Below, one piece after another: positions 38,943-47,973 of a DNA stretch of 64,000 bases. Position 1 is the first letter of the stretch. Each line of letters opens with the position of its first letter. This DNA is from Gammaproteobacteria bacterium (GTDB taxonomy: Bacteria > Pseudomonadota > Gammaproteobacteria > Francisellales > CACEW01). Under the pieces are notes generated by a model. That model saw only the letters and a list, made by a program, of their open reading frames with translations. It ran no database searches and was not told the origin of the DNA. The stretch lies in contig JAUSAW010000002.1 of the NCBI GenBank assembly GCA_030652335.1, forward strand, positions 397,866-461,865. The letters run 5' to 3'. A program made the position numbers and the translations under genes.

Positions 38943-39797
38943 TTAAGGTTTATAGGTATTAAGGTACTGCAGGAATTGGCCCTGAGGCTTGACCAGCATG
39001 ACCGTTTGTTTGTTGGCGAATAATTGTTGGTACAGTTGTAAGCTGCGCCAAAAAGCAAAGAACTGAGGGTCTTTTGCATAGGCCGCATTATAAATCAATT
39101 GCGCCTGAGCTTCTGCTTGACCGCGAATAGTCGCCGCCTGAACCAAAGCATTGGTGCTTACTGCTGATGCGGCTACTAAGCCTTGGCTGGTAATTTGCGC
39201 TGCTTGTTGCTGACCCGCTGTAGTAACCGCTGCCACAGCCTGTTTACTCGTAGCTTGCATTTTTTGGTATGCGGCATTGAGCATATCGGGCGCATAATTC
39301 ACATTCTGCAGATTAACATCGATGATTTGAATACCTAGCTTTTCTGCAGTCTGGTTTAAGCTTGCGCTTAACGAGGCTATCATGGCATTGCTGGTTGAAC
39401 CCAGGACTTGGGCAAGCGTTTGAGTTGCGATTTTTTGTTTCACTATTGGAGTGATGGCTTCTATAAGCGCGGTATTAACCGCTGTATTATCGAGCGCGGT
39501 CGCCTTAGCAAACGTAGTGATATTGCTGATTTTCCATAGCACCGAGACATCGATTAAGAGATCGATTTTATCTTGAGTGGTCACGGCAATCGATTGAAGG
39601 CTGCTGGCCTGATCACGCATATCTACTGGAGTAATCGCATCTAAAATAGGAAGGGTCACATATAAGCCTGGACTTAGAACCTTTTGGCTTTTATTAGCCA
39701 TCACGCCTTGTTGAAAGGGTTGAATTTCCGTGCAAGCGAAGTAGCCGATAATAATAACAAGACCGATTAGGCCTAGAATAATGCTTTTAACTTTCAC
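38943..39797 (-). CDS. hflC: protease modulator HflC (SPFH/band-7)
   Basis: 284 aa with an N-terminal TM helix plus SPFH domain. It overlaps hflK by 11 nt, in canonical order. Confidence 0.85.
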   Translation of the reverse strand: MKVKSIILGLIGLVIIIGYFACTEIQPFQQGVMANKSQKVLSPGLYVTLPILDAITPVDMRDQASSLQSIAVTTQDKIDLLIDVSVLWKISNITTFAKATALDNTAVNTALIEAITPIVKQKIATQTLAQVLGSTSNAMIASLSASLNQTAEKLGIQIIDVNLQNVNYAPDMLNAAYQKMQATSKQAVAAVTTAGQQQAAQITSQGLVAASAVSTNALVQAATIRGQAEAQAQLIYNAAYAKDPQFFAFWRSLQLYQQLFANKQTVMLVKPQGQFLQYLNTYKP

Positions 39798-40884
39798 TGG
39801 CCTGGGCCTCCTTCCATCTTGCGTATGCCGAAGTCTGTGCTGCTGAGGACTGATTATTTGTTAGCGCTGGAGCGCTTGCAGTTTGGCTAGGATTGCTACC
39901 TGCTTGTAATAAACCAGCCGGTAGATTAACCGCGCTATTGGTGTCGACTATAATGACGTGAGCATTACCGTAGACTTTTTCCATGGCGTCGTAATAGAGC
40001 CTTTCTCTGGTTACCTGTGGATTTTGCTGATAAGCCGGCAAGATCGCCAAAAATTCAGCTACTTGCTGCTTAGCCTTTGGCACAGCATTCACGACTTGTG
40101 CCTGCGCCTGGGCTATAATTTGCGCTGCATTGGTTTGAGCGGTTTGAAGCTCGGTCGCTGCTTGTGATTGTGCTTGGGATTGAAGATTTTGACTGGCTTG
40201 TTGAGCACCTTGTAAGCTATTTAACACGCCTTGAACTTGATCAGGAACTTGAATGTTTTGTATGGCTATCGATTTAACTGAAACACCCAGGTTATATTGA
40301 TCGCAGACCTGCTGAATTTGCTGCTGTAAATTTTGCTCGAGGCTCGAATTATCGCCTAGTAATTGCGCTAATGTTAAACTACCAACATCCTGGTTAAGCT
40401 TAGCCTCGATAATTTGCTGTAAAACGCCCTGCATATCCGAGACATTAAACAAATATTGCTTAGCATTAGTTATTTGATACTGCATGCTAAATTCAGCTGA
40501 TAAAACTGCTTGGTCTTTGCTTACTAACGATTCCGTTAAATTGACCGATAAAGCTTGAGTGGTGTCGACACTATATTTTTGTTCAATAAAACGCGCATAC
40601 CAATGCCAACCTGGATTGCTATTTTCCCGTATATGACCAAAGCTTGTGACGATCACTTGCTGGCCTGACTGGATCTGATAGGCCCCTGATACGCCCCAAC
40701 CGCCTAGCAATATTACAGCAATTGCGCCGTATACTTTCCAGGCTTTAACAGGAACTTTTGGCTGCTCTGGCTGGCCAGCAGGCGTAGGCTGTTGTGGCTT
40801 AAATAAGTTTTTAAAAAACTTCTTAAGGTGAGCCTCTAAATCAGGCAAACCTTGAGATGGCTTTTTTTGTGGGTTCCAAGCCAT
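39787..40884 (-). CDS. hflK: protease modulator HflK (SPFH/band-7)
   Basis: 365 aa, MAWNPQKKPSQ.. N-terminus, TM helix, SPFH domain, and a Q/A-rich C-terminal region. Confidence 0.85.
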   Translation of the reverse strand: MAWNPQKKPSQGLPDLEAHLKKFFKNLFKPQQPTPAGQPEQPKVPVKAWKVYGAIAVILLGGWGVSGAYQIQSGQQVIVTSFGHIRENSNPGWHWYARFIEQKYSVDTTQALSVNLTESLVSKDQAVLSAEFSMQYQITNAKQYLFNVSDMQGVLQQIIEAKLNQDVGSLTLAQLLGDNSSLEQNLQQQIQQVCDQYNLGVSVKSIAIQNIQVPDQVQGVLNSLQGAQQASQNLQSQAQSQAATELQTAQTNAAQIIAQAQAQVVNAVPKAKQQVAEFLAILPAYQQNPQVTRERLYYDAMEKVYGNAHVIIVDTNSAVNLPAGLLQAGSNPSQTASAPALTNNQSSAAQTSAYARWKEAQASES

Positions 40885-40993
40885 AATAACTCCAAGGGAA
40901 TTTCGTTAAAAGCATAGTAATCGTTAAAGAGGATTTTGTCGACTGGATAAGCATGCCGGTCACCCCCAACTTAATCGGAAATGACATGACGAA

Positions 40994-42280
40994 TCAAGGC
41001 TTAAAGATTTCATCCAGTATTACGCCCTCTTTTCGGCATAAATCTTCGAGGTCGGCTTTAGGAATTTTAATGGTGAGCTCAGTATTACCTTCCTCATCTG
41101 TGCTTTCGTCAAACACACATTTCTGCTGATACAAGGCTGCCCGCAATTTACCGTGTGAAGGCTTTAAAGTTATTACACCTTGTAAGGTGCTATGCATTAA
41201 GAGTTGAGCGATGGCGTTATGCAATAAATCCATACCTTGGTTTGCATAGGCAGACAGCCATATTTCGCAAGGTTTGCCGGATTCATCTACATCGATTTTA
41301 GGCTCAACATCGGGCATGAGGTCAATTTTATTCATTACTTTTAAACAGGGGTGCTCGGTGGCGCCGATTTCTTCTAATACCAATTCAACTTGGGCCTGAT
41401 ATAAGTCTCGATCTGGGTTACTAGCATCGATAACGTGCAGCAATAAATCCGCTTCGATGGTCTCTTCTAAGGTAGCGCGAAATGCTTGAACTAAATCATG
41501 AGGAAGATTGCGAATAAATCCGACGGTATCAGCAAAAATTACCTTGCCTAAATGCGGTACGATAACTTGTCTTAAGGTAGGATCCAAGGTGGCGAATAAT
41601 TGATTTGCCGCATAGACATCAGAGCCGGTTAAGCGATTAAATAGAGTAGACTTACCGGCATTGGTATAACCGACTATCGATATGGTGGGAATCAATGAGC
41701 GTTTGCGGGCTTGCCTACCTAAAGCTCTTTGTGCCCGCACTTTTTCCAAGCGTGACTTAATCATTTTTAATCGGTTTTTAAGCAAGCGCTTATCGAGCTC
41801 TAGCTGAGTCTCGCCTGGGCCTCGCATACCGATACCACCCTTTTGACTTTCCAGGTGAGTCCAACCGCGCACTAAGCGGGTGGAATTATATTGTAATTGG
41901 GCGAGTTCAACCTGCAGCTTACCTTCAAAGGTATGTGCGCGCTGAGCGAAGATATCCAAAATTAAACCGGTGCGGCTTAATACTCGGCATTCGAATAATT
42001 TTTCTAAATTTCGTTCCTGACCAGGACTTAGGGTGTGATTAAATATAATGAGGTTCGCTTCATGTAATTTAATAAGCTCGCCTATCTCTTCCGCCTTACC
42101 TAAGCCTACAAATAATTTGGCATCAGGAGAGGGACGGCTAGCTTCAACTTGAGCGACGATTTCAGCCCCAGCAGTTAGTGCTAGTTCACGAAGCTCTTCT
42201 AAGTCAGCTTCATCTTTTCCACGTGTAAAATTAACGTGAACTAGTATCGCTCGTTCACCAATATTGGGTCTATCAAACAT
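40994..42280 (-). CDS. hflX: GTPase HflX
   Basis: 428 aa with G1 GYTNAGKSTLFN and G3 DTVGF, in the hfq-hflX order. Confidence 0.95.
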   Translation of the reverse strand: MFDRPNIGERAILVHVNFTRGKDEADLEELRELALTAGAEIVAQVEASRPSPDAKLFVGLGKAEEIGELIKLHEANLIIFNHTLSPGQERNLEKLFECRVLSRTGLILDIFAQRAHTFEGKLQVELAQLQYNSTRLVRGWTHLESQKGGIGMRGPGETQLELDKRLLKNRLKMIKSRLEKVRAQRALGRQARKRSLIPTISIVGYTNAGKSTLFNRLTGSDVYAANQLFATLDPTLRQVIVPHLGKVIFADTVGFIRNLPHDLVQAFRATLEETIEADLLLHVIDASNPDRDLYQAQVELVLEEIGATEHPCLKVMNKIDLMPDVEPKIDVDESGKPCEIWLSAYANQGMDLLHNAIAQLLMHSTLQGVITLKPSHGKLRAALYQQKCVFDESTDEEGNTELTIKIPKADLEDLCRKEGVILDEIFKP

Positions 42281-42283
42281 AGG

Positions 42284-42520
42284 TTAGTCTTCTTGTTCTT
42301 GACCGTGATAATTAATGCCGCGTGACGGAACGATTGTTGAAATGGCATGTTTATAAACCATTTGATTGACGCCATTATTGCAAAGGACGACTACAAATGA
42401 ATCGTAGGATTCAATATTGCCTTGCAGCTTAATGCCGTTGACGAGATAAATGGAAACTGGTACATGCTCTTTACGCAGCACGTTTAAGAATGGATCTTGT
42501 AATATCGCGCCTTTAGACAT
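42284..42520 (-). CDS. hfq: RNA chaperone Hfq
   Basis: 78 aa with Sm1/Sm2 motifs: [46 protein letters not shown]. Confidence 0.95.
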   Translation of the reverse strand: MSKGAILQDPFLNVLRKEHVPVSIYLVNGIKLQGNIESYDSFVVVLCNNGVNQMVYKHAISTIVPSRGINYHGQEQED

Positions 42521-42646
42521 GTGTAAACCCTCATATTGTTATTATTTTAACCTTGGGGGCAAGGCTGTTTTACCCGCTGAAAACTAGCAAGTAGGTCAGT
42601 GTAGCAGTATTATTATTTAATCTCAATGTGGGATTATTGGGCGGAT

Positions 42647-42922
42647 TTAATGCTTGTAAATTTCTCGACGATGTCCAACAGTAATGACTAATATCAATAA
42701 CTCTTTATTTTTGATTTCACAGATTATGCGGTAATCGCCAACTCGATAACGCCATAAGCCGGATTTAGTCCCTACCAGAGGTTTTCCCATGGTTTTTGGG
42801 TTATGCCTAATTGCCAATCGCTCTTTTAAGTATTTTAAAATTTGATTTTGTACATGCGGATTTAGCTTTAAGAGATCTTCTAGCGCCTCACTATCAAATT
42901 TTATTTCCCAATTTCCTAACAC
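42647..42922 (-). CDS. RelE/ParE-superfamily type II toxin
   Basis: 91 aa. WEIKFDSEALEDLLKLNPHVQNQILKYL...GLWRYRVGDYRIICEIKNKELLILVITVGHRREIY is the classic RelE/StbE pattern. GTG start, overlapping the antitoxin stop. Confidence 0.85.
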   Translation of the reverse strand: MLGNWEIKFDSEALEDLLKLNPHVQNQILKYLKERLAIRHNPKTMGKPLVGTKSGLWRYRVGDYRIICEIKNKELLILVITVGHRREIYKH

Positions 42923-43115
42923 GCTTCTCCACCTCGTCTAAAGATATTTTAGGATTATTCTTTTCAAGCCTTGCAATGGCTATTAGGTAATCTTCTTGGT
43001 CTTCTAAATATTTCTCCAATGCTTTTTTGGCATAATAAGTTTTGGTACGGCCCGTGAATTCTGCTAAATTTTCGAGGCGCAACTCAAGTTCTTTGGGTAA
43101 ACGTAGGGTTAGCAT
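42894..43115 (-). CDS. ribbon-helix-helix (CopG/RelB-like) antitoxin
   Basis: MLTLRLPKELELRLENLAEFTGRTKTYYAKKALEKYLEDQEDY.. is an RHH fold signature. The likely start is ATG 43115, since the track start at 43151 adds an implausible MYYKSYIYREKK. It is upstream of and overlaps the toxin. Confidence 0.8.
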   Translation of the reverse strand: MLTLRLPKELELRLENLAEFTGRTKTYYAKKALEKYLEDQEDYLIAIARLEKNNPKISLDEVEKRVRKLGNKI

Positions 43116-43293
43116 TTTTTTCTCTCGATATATGTATGACTTGTAATACATATATTACAAATAAAGCGCTTTAAAGTCCAACCTTGTTTAGCATTAACCA
43201 TTGTATATAATTTAATCCATTCAAAAAAGATCATCATTCACCAGGCATAAAAAAAGGCCCTATTCAGGCCCTTCATATTTCAATTTAAAATAA

Positions 43294-44049
43294 CTAAGCG
43301 TGATCAGCAACAGCTGAAGACTCACTTGCCATCATACTACAACCCTTCAAAAACACCGTGGCATTTCCTATGTTTGAGATGGTAGCTTGAGTTGCATTTT
43401 TTAATGCAAGACTAGCTTGCACCGGACCGGTTTCTACATAGGCTCCAGCTGGACTATAACGCGGCGCAGGACCTACTGCCCATACGGACGTTCCAAAGGT
43501 ATGTCCCGCTACAAATGAAGGCGAATCAGAACTTACATCGCAAATTGCATCACAAAGCAGTCCAAAATCAACTCTGGCACAAGCGCCGGGGACAATACTG
43601 GTAAAATCACTAGCAGGTGCATCAAAGCAATCCCCTTCATAGGCATTACTAACTGGAGGTTTGTTTTCATCCCCATCTCTAACACAAACGATTACAACAT
43701 CACGACTACGCACATTAGGATATACCGCTTCGTCAGTGATAGAAAATGAGGTTAGAGGAAAGTCATTATAATAACCTCCAACGATTCCTCCACCTAAATA
43801 ATTTGTAGGAATAGCCATCGTGATTGACATATTGGTAATGGGGTTAGTAGCAGTTACAGTCAGATTGGCAGCGGTATAGAACTGGTTCCGATCATCTACT
43901 TCAGCCGTTTGACATGCAATGCTTCCACCAAAGTCAGCAGTCCATGCCGCTCCATTAGCCGGAATTCGGTGCAAAGTGCTAAATGCTTGACCTGTAGCAG
44001 GGCTCAGTAGACTTGCGATAGCTACTGCTAATGATTTAAATGTTGGCAT
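43294..44049 (-). CDS. secreted Cys-rich orphan protein, paralog 1 (251 aa)
   Basis: Signal peptide MPTFKSLAVAIASLLSPATGQA, RBS aggagaaaattATG, 8 Cys. It shares blocks with paralog 2 (NPITN.S, AYEGDC, VSSDS.S.VAGHT.G.S, ..SN.G...V...GC). Confidence 0.8.
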   Translation of the reverse strand: MPTFKSLAVAIASLLSPATGQAFSTLHRIPANGAAWTADFGGSIACQTAEVDDRNQFYTAANLTVTATNPITNMSITMAIPTNYLGGGIVGGYYNDFPLTSFSITDEAVYPNVRSRDVVIVCVRDGDENKPPVSNAYEGDCFDAPASDFTSIVPGACARVDFGLLCDAICDVSSDSPSFVAGHTFGTSVWAVGPAPRYSPAGAYVETGPVQASLALKNATQATISNIGNATVFLKGCSMMASESSAVADHA

Positions 44050-44079
44050 AATTTTCTCCTAAGGTTAAGTAACCCATCT

Positions 44080-44112
44080 ATATTAAGGGGTAAACCTTAA
44101 GGTTTTATTAAG
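44080..44112 (-). promoter_or_regulatory. PmrA-like promoter, site B: TTAA-N7-TTAA-N11-TAATAT
   Basis: Minus strand cTTAATAAAACCTTAAG (44112..44096), with TTAA halves at 44111..44108 and 44100..44097. After 11 nt comes the -10 hexamer TAATAT at 44085..44080, about 30 nt before the ATG at 44049. Confidence 0.65.
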
Positions 44113-44241
44113 AAAATCCATTATTTAAGATTTTTATAGCTTTATCAACAAACTAGCACCAATCACCAGGCATAAAAAAGGCCCATAAGAAAGCGTTTTT
44201 ACACACTCTCCTCGGAGCCCTTTATATAGTAATTCAAATAA

Positions 44242-45003
44242 CTAAGCTGGATGAACGCTAGTTGCAGACGCTTCTGATAATGGTTTGCAACCACCAAACA
44301 CTACCGCGACAGCACCGAGGTTTGAGACAGTGCCCTGAGTAACATTTAACAGTGGCAGGCTGGCGCCAGCGGGAGTTGCATCAGCATATGTGCCTAGTGG
44401 AACAAGTTGCCATGAAAATGGCGGTGGCACTAGCGATGCTCCAACAGTATGGCCCGCCACCAATGAAGATGAATCTGAACTTACAGCACAAGTCATATTG
44501 CTTTCTGTAGAATTGCTAAAGTGCAGCCTAATACAATCACCAGGAGCTATGACAGTAGTATCATCATATGCTGCATCGACACAATCCCCTTCATAGGCCC
44601 AAATTTCTGGCGTTTGTTGCTGCTTTCCATTTGGTGCACAAGCTATCAATGCACTGCGGCTCGCCACTCCAGGGTAAATTCCAGTATCATTAATAGAATA
44701 AGATGTGTAAGGCAGCTCAGGCGCATAAAAGCTTTCAGCATAAGCGCCTGCAGGACCGAAGGACAGTGGCATAGGGTCAGAAACATTAGTAATAGGATTA
44801 TAAATATTAATGTTTAAATTAATAAACGGAGCGCTTAAGCTGCGATCGTCTTCTTCAGCAATTAAGCAATTGTTAGAGCCTCCAAAAACAACGGTTAAGG
44901 TTCCATTATTGGCTTGAACTCGATGTATGGTGTTATAAACTTGGCCCAGGGCAGTGGCTATGAGGCTTGCCGTGGCGGTTAACAAACTTGCGATTCTTGG
45001 CAT
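44242..45003 (-). CDS. secreted Cys-rich orphan protein, paralog 2 (253 aa)
   Basis: Signal peptide MPRIASLLTATASLIATALGQ, RBS aggagtaatttATG. Colinear similarity to paralog 1, including conserved Cys positions. Confidence 0.8.
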   Translation of the reverse strand: MPRIASLLTATASLIATALGQVYNTIHRVQANNGTLTVVFGGSNNCLIAEEDDRSLSAPFINLNINIYNPITNVSDPMPLSFGPAGAYAESFYAPELPYTSYSINDTGIYPGVASRSALIACAPNGKQQQTPEIWAYEGDCVDAAYDDTTVIAPGDCIRLHFSNSTESNMTCAVSSDSSSLVAGHTVGASLVPPPFSWQLVPLGTYADATPAGASLPLLNVTQGTVSNLGAVAVVFGGCKPLSEASATSVHPA

Positions 45004-45032
45004 AAATTACTCCTTATGTTAAGTGCATGACT

Positions 45033-45065
45033 ATAATAACGACCAAATCTTAAGGTTTTATTAAG
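45033..45065 (-). promoter_or_regulatory. PmrA-like promoter, site A: TTAA-N7-TTAA-N11-TATTAT
   Basis: Minus strand cTTAATAAAACCTTAAG (45065..45049), then 11 nt, then TATTAT (45038..45033). The distal half-site overlaps the miaA stop codon (45061..45063). Confidence 0.65.
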
Positions 45066-45987
45066 AGATAATATTACTTAAGGCTTTTTTCGCTTTATCG
45101 ACTAAATCAGCATCATCGCTGTCCAGCCAGATCAAATCAGGCCAGGCTCTTAGCCAGGTGAACTGGCGTTTGGCTAATTGACGAGTAGCGACGATGGATT
45201 TTTCGATGGCCTCATCGAGGCTTAATTCGCCGTTTAAATACTGACAAACCTGGCGATAACCCACACAGCGAATGGAGGGTAATTTGTCAGTGAGATCACC
45301 CCGCTCTTGTAATTCTTTTACTTCATCAATAAAACCCTGGCTCATCATTAGCTTAAATCGTTCGGCGATTCTGGCATGTAAAATTTTGCGATCTTTTGGG
45401 GCTATGGCGAGAGCAATAATGGGATAAGGCAAAGGCTCCATTCCTGGGACCCATAATACAGATAAGGGGATGCCTGTTAACTCATAGACTTCTAAGGCAC
45501 GCTGAATTCTCTGCGAGTCTGTCGGCTTTATTTTAGCCACCGCATCGGGGTCGATACTTGCTAAACGCTGATGTAAGGCGGGCCAGCCTTGAACATTCGC
45601 CTCTTCCAATAATCTCTGGCGTATAGTCTCATCGGCTTTAGGTAATTCAGACAAGCCCTTACGCAAGGCATTAAAATAGAGCATTGTGCCGCCGACTAAT
45701 AAGGGGATCCGGTCTTTAGACAAACTGCTTTCGATTTCGCGCCTGGCATCATGATAAAAATCCGCCACCGAATAGGACTCAGCAGGGTCTTTTATATCGA
45801 TTAGTTTATGCGGGAATTCTTGTAATATTTCAGCAGAAGGCTTTGCCGTGCCGATTTCCATGCCTTTATAGATCATCGCCGAATCGACGCTAATAATATC
45901 GATGGGATAAAGCTTGGCTAATTCCATGGCTAATGCGGTTTTGCCGCTGGCGGTTGGGCCCATTAAAAAGATGACTGTATTCGTCAT
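45061..45987 (-). CDS. miaA: tRNA dimethylallyltransferase
   Basis: 308 aa with P-loop GPTASGKT, in the canonical position after mutL. Confidence 0.95.
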   Translation of the reverse strand: MTNTVIFLMGPTASGKTALAMELAKLYPIDIISVDSAMIYKGMEIGTAKPSAEILQEFPHKLIDIKDPAESYSVADFYHDARREIESSLSKDRIPLLVGGTMLYFNALRKGLSELPKADETIRQRLLEEANVQGWPALHQRLASIDPDAVAKIKPTDSQRIQRALEVYELTGIPLSVLWVPGMEPLPYPIIALAIAPKDRKILHARIAERFKLMMSQGFIDEVKELQERGDLTDKLPSIRCVGYRQVCQYLNGELSLDEAIEKSIVATRQLAKRQFTWLRAWPDLIWLDSDDADLVDKAKKALSNIIS

Positions 45988-46071
45988 TCTGTGATCGCAT
46001 AGCGAGCCACAGAATCCAGGGTAAGGCCTGGATCCTGACGAACTTCGTTATCAGGATGACAAATTCTCATC

Positions 46072-47847
46072 TTATCTGCCCCTCAAAAACAAACTATCCA
46101 ATTCTTTCATGGAGAGCTTAGTCCATGTTGGGCGCCCGTGATTACACTGGTCGATTCTGGGGGTAATTTCCATATCGCGCAGTAAGGCATTCATTTCCAT
46201 TATAGATAGTTGATGATGGGCTTGTATGGCGCCTTTACAGGCGACACTACCCAATATGGTATCGATATAATCCTGAGTTTGTTTGGAGTGACCAAGGTTG
46301 ACTAAATCGGCAATCACTTCTCGAATTAATGGCTCGACATCCTTTTGCTTGATAATAGAGGGCACCTGGCGAATGGCTAAACTGTTTTCGCTTAGGATAT
46401 CGATTTCAAATCCAAGCTGCTCAAATACCTCTAAATGTTCTTCGACGTAGGCTTTTTCTTTCACGCTTAAGGAAAGTGTGAAAGGCACCAGTAAGGCCTG
46501 AGCACTTAGGCTTTGCTCCTGCCATTGCCGTTTTAAGCGTTCATACATAATGCGCTCATGAGCAGCATGTTGATCGACGATAATTAAGCCTTCTTTGGTT
46601 TCGGCCAAAATATAAATACCATGCAATTGAGCGATAGCATAACCCATCGGCGGAATATCGTGTTGCACTGGCTTAATGCTTGGAGTAACAACCGGCTCGG
46701 CTTGTAAGGTTTGATATAGCGCAATAGTTTCCTGAACTTGCAGGGGGCTATCAAACTGTTGAGGCTTATAATAGATAGGTGTAGCAGGCTGGACACTGCT
46801 AGGCGTAGGAAATTCTGGCATAGCTAATTCGGCAGCAGGTTGAGGCCTGCTAGCAGCGATAGTTCTATGCAAGGAACTAAAAATAAAATCATGCACCAGG
46901 CGCCCTTCTCGAAATCTTACTTCATGCTTAGTGGGATGCACATTTACATCCACCATGCTAGGCTCGCATTCTAAAAACAATACAAAAACCGGGTGCCTGC
47001 CGCCATATAATACGTCTTGATAAGCCTGACGCACCGCATGCGCGACCAGCTTATCTTTAACGATTCGGCCATTGACATAAAAGTATTGGAGATCGGCTGC
47101 GGAGCGTGAAAAAGTCGGCAACCCCACCCAGCCCCACAGCCTTAAACCGGAGGCTTCGATTTCTATTTTCATAGCATGCTTTAAAAAATCTTTACCGCAA
47201 AATTCGCTAATGCGCTGCTCTTGTTGAAGTTCATTTTGTGCGATAGCCGATTGATATACATTTTTGCCATTATGGCTTAATGAAAACCCCACGTCGAAAT
47301 GCGATAAGGCCATACGTTTAACCACTTCGTCGATATGCGAAAATTCGGTGGATTCTTTCTTTAAAAACTTACGCCTGGCGGGAGTATTAAAAAATAAATC
47401 TTGAATATGGATAGTGGTACCGACTGCATGGGCGGCAGGCTTTAGATCGATGCTTTGATCGCGCCCTTCTACCATAATTTGCCAAGCATGCTCGCTATCG
47501 ACCTGGCGAGAGCTTAAACTGGCTCGAGATACCGAACTAATACTGGCCAAAGCCTCGCCGCGAAAGCCTAGAGTGCCTAAGCTTTCTAATTCATGTAAGG
47601 TATATATTTTACTGGTGGCATGTCGGCTAAAAGCCAGGGGCAGATCGTCATAGTGAATCCCCTTGCCATTATCGGTAATTTTAATACTGCTAAGCCCACC
47701 GCTTTCGATGGCGATATCGATATAAGTCGCCCCGGCATCCAGGCTGTTTTCTAGTAGTTCTTTAACGACCGATGCCGGGCGCTCGACGACTTCGCCGGCT
47801 GCAATCTGATTGGCTAATTGAATGGGAAGTAATTGAATTCGCCGCAT
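46072..47847 (-). CDS. mutL: DNA mismatch repair protein MutL
   Basis: 591 aa with GHKL ATPase motifs (VVERPASVVKELLENSLDAGAT, DNGKGI, GFRGEAL) and a C-terminal dimerisation domain. Confidence 0.95.
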   Translation of the reverse strand: MRRIQLLPIQLANQIAAGEVVERPASVVKELLENSLDAGATYIDIAIESGGLSSIKITDNGKGIHYDDLPLAFSRHATSKIYTLHELESLGTLGFRGEALASISSVSRASLSSRQVDSEHAWQIMVEGRDQSIDLKPAAHAVGTTIHIQDLFFNTPARRKFLKKESTEFSHIDEVVKRMALSHFDVGFSLSHNGKNVYQSAIAQNELQQEQRISEFCGKDFLKHAMKIEIEASGLRLWGWVGLPTFSRSAADLQYFYVNGRIVKDKLVAHAVRQAYQDVLYGGRHPVFVLFLECEPSMVDVNVHPTKHEVRFREGRLVHDFIFSSLHRTIAASRPQPAAELAMPEFPTPSSVQPATPIYYKPQQFDSPLQVQETIALYQTLQAEPVVTPSIKPVQHDIPPMGYAIAQLHGIYILAETKEGLIIVDQHAAHERIMYERLKRQWQEQSLSAQALLVPFTLSLSVKEKAYVEEHLEVFEQLGFEIDILSENSLAIRQVPSIIKQKDVEPLIREVIADLVNLGHSKQTQDYIDTILGSVACKGAIQAHHQLSIMEMNALLRDMEITPRIDQCNHGRPTWTKLSMKELDSLFLRGR

Positions 47848-47906
47848 GGTTTACCCTCGAAAAATACTTATAATAGCATAAATATAATTCGCTATTTTAC
47901 AGTTAT

Positions 47907-47938
47907 TTAATAAAACCTTAAGCTTAATCCAGTATATT
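47907..47938 (+). promoter_or_regulatory. PmrA-like promoter, site C: TTAA-N7-TTAA-N11-TATATT
   Basis: Plus strand TTAATAAAACCTTAAG (47907..47922), an exact 16-mer match to sites A and B. After 11 nt comes TATATT (47933..47938), 35 nt before the ATG at 47974. Confidence 0.7.
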
Positions 47939-47973
47939 ATCCCGACAAGCTTAGTAAATAAGGATATCTAAAA

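Noticed and set aside
38943-38966. The direct repeat attaaggt...attaaggt around the hflC stop.
   Set aside because: It is only 8 nt long, with 16-nt spacing and no associated structure or gene signal. This is consistent with chance.
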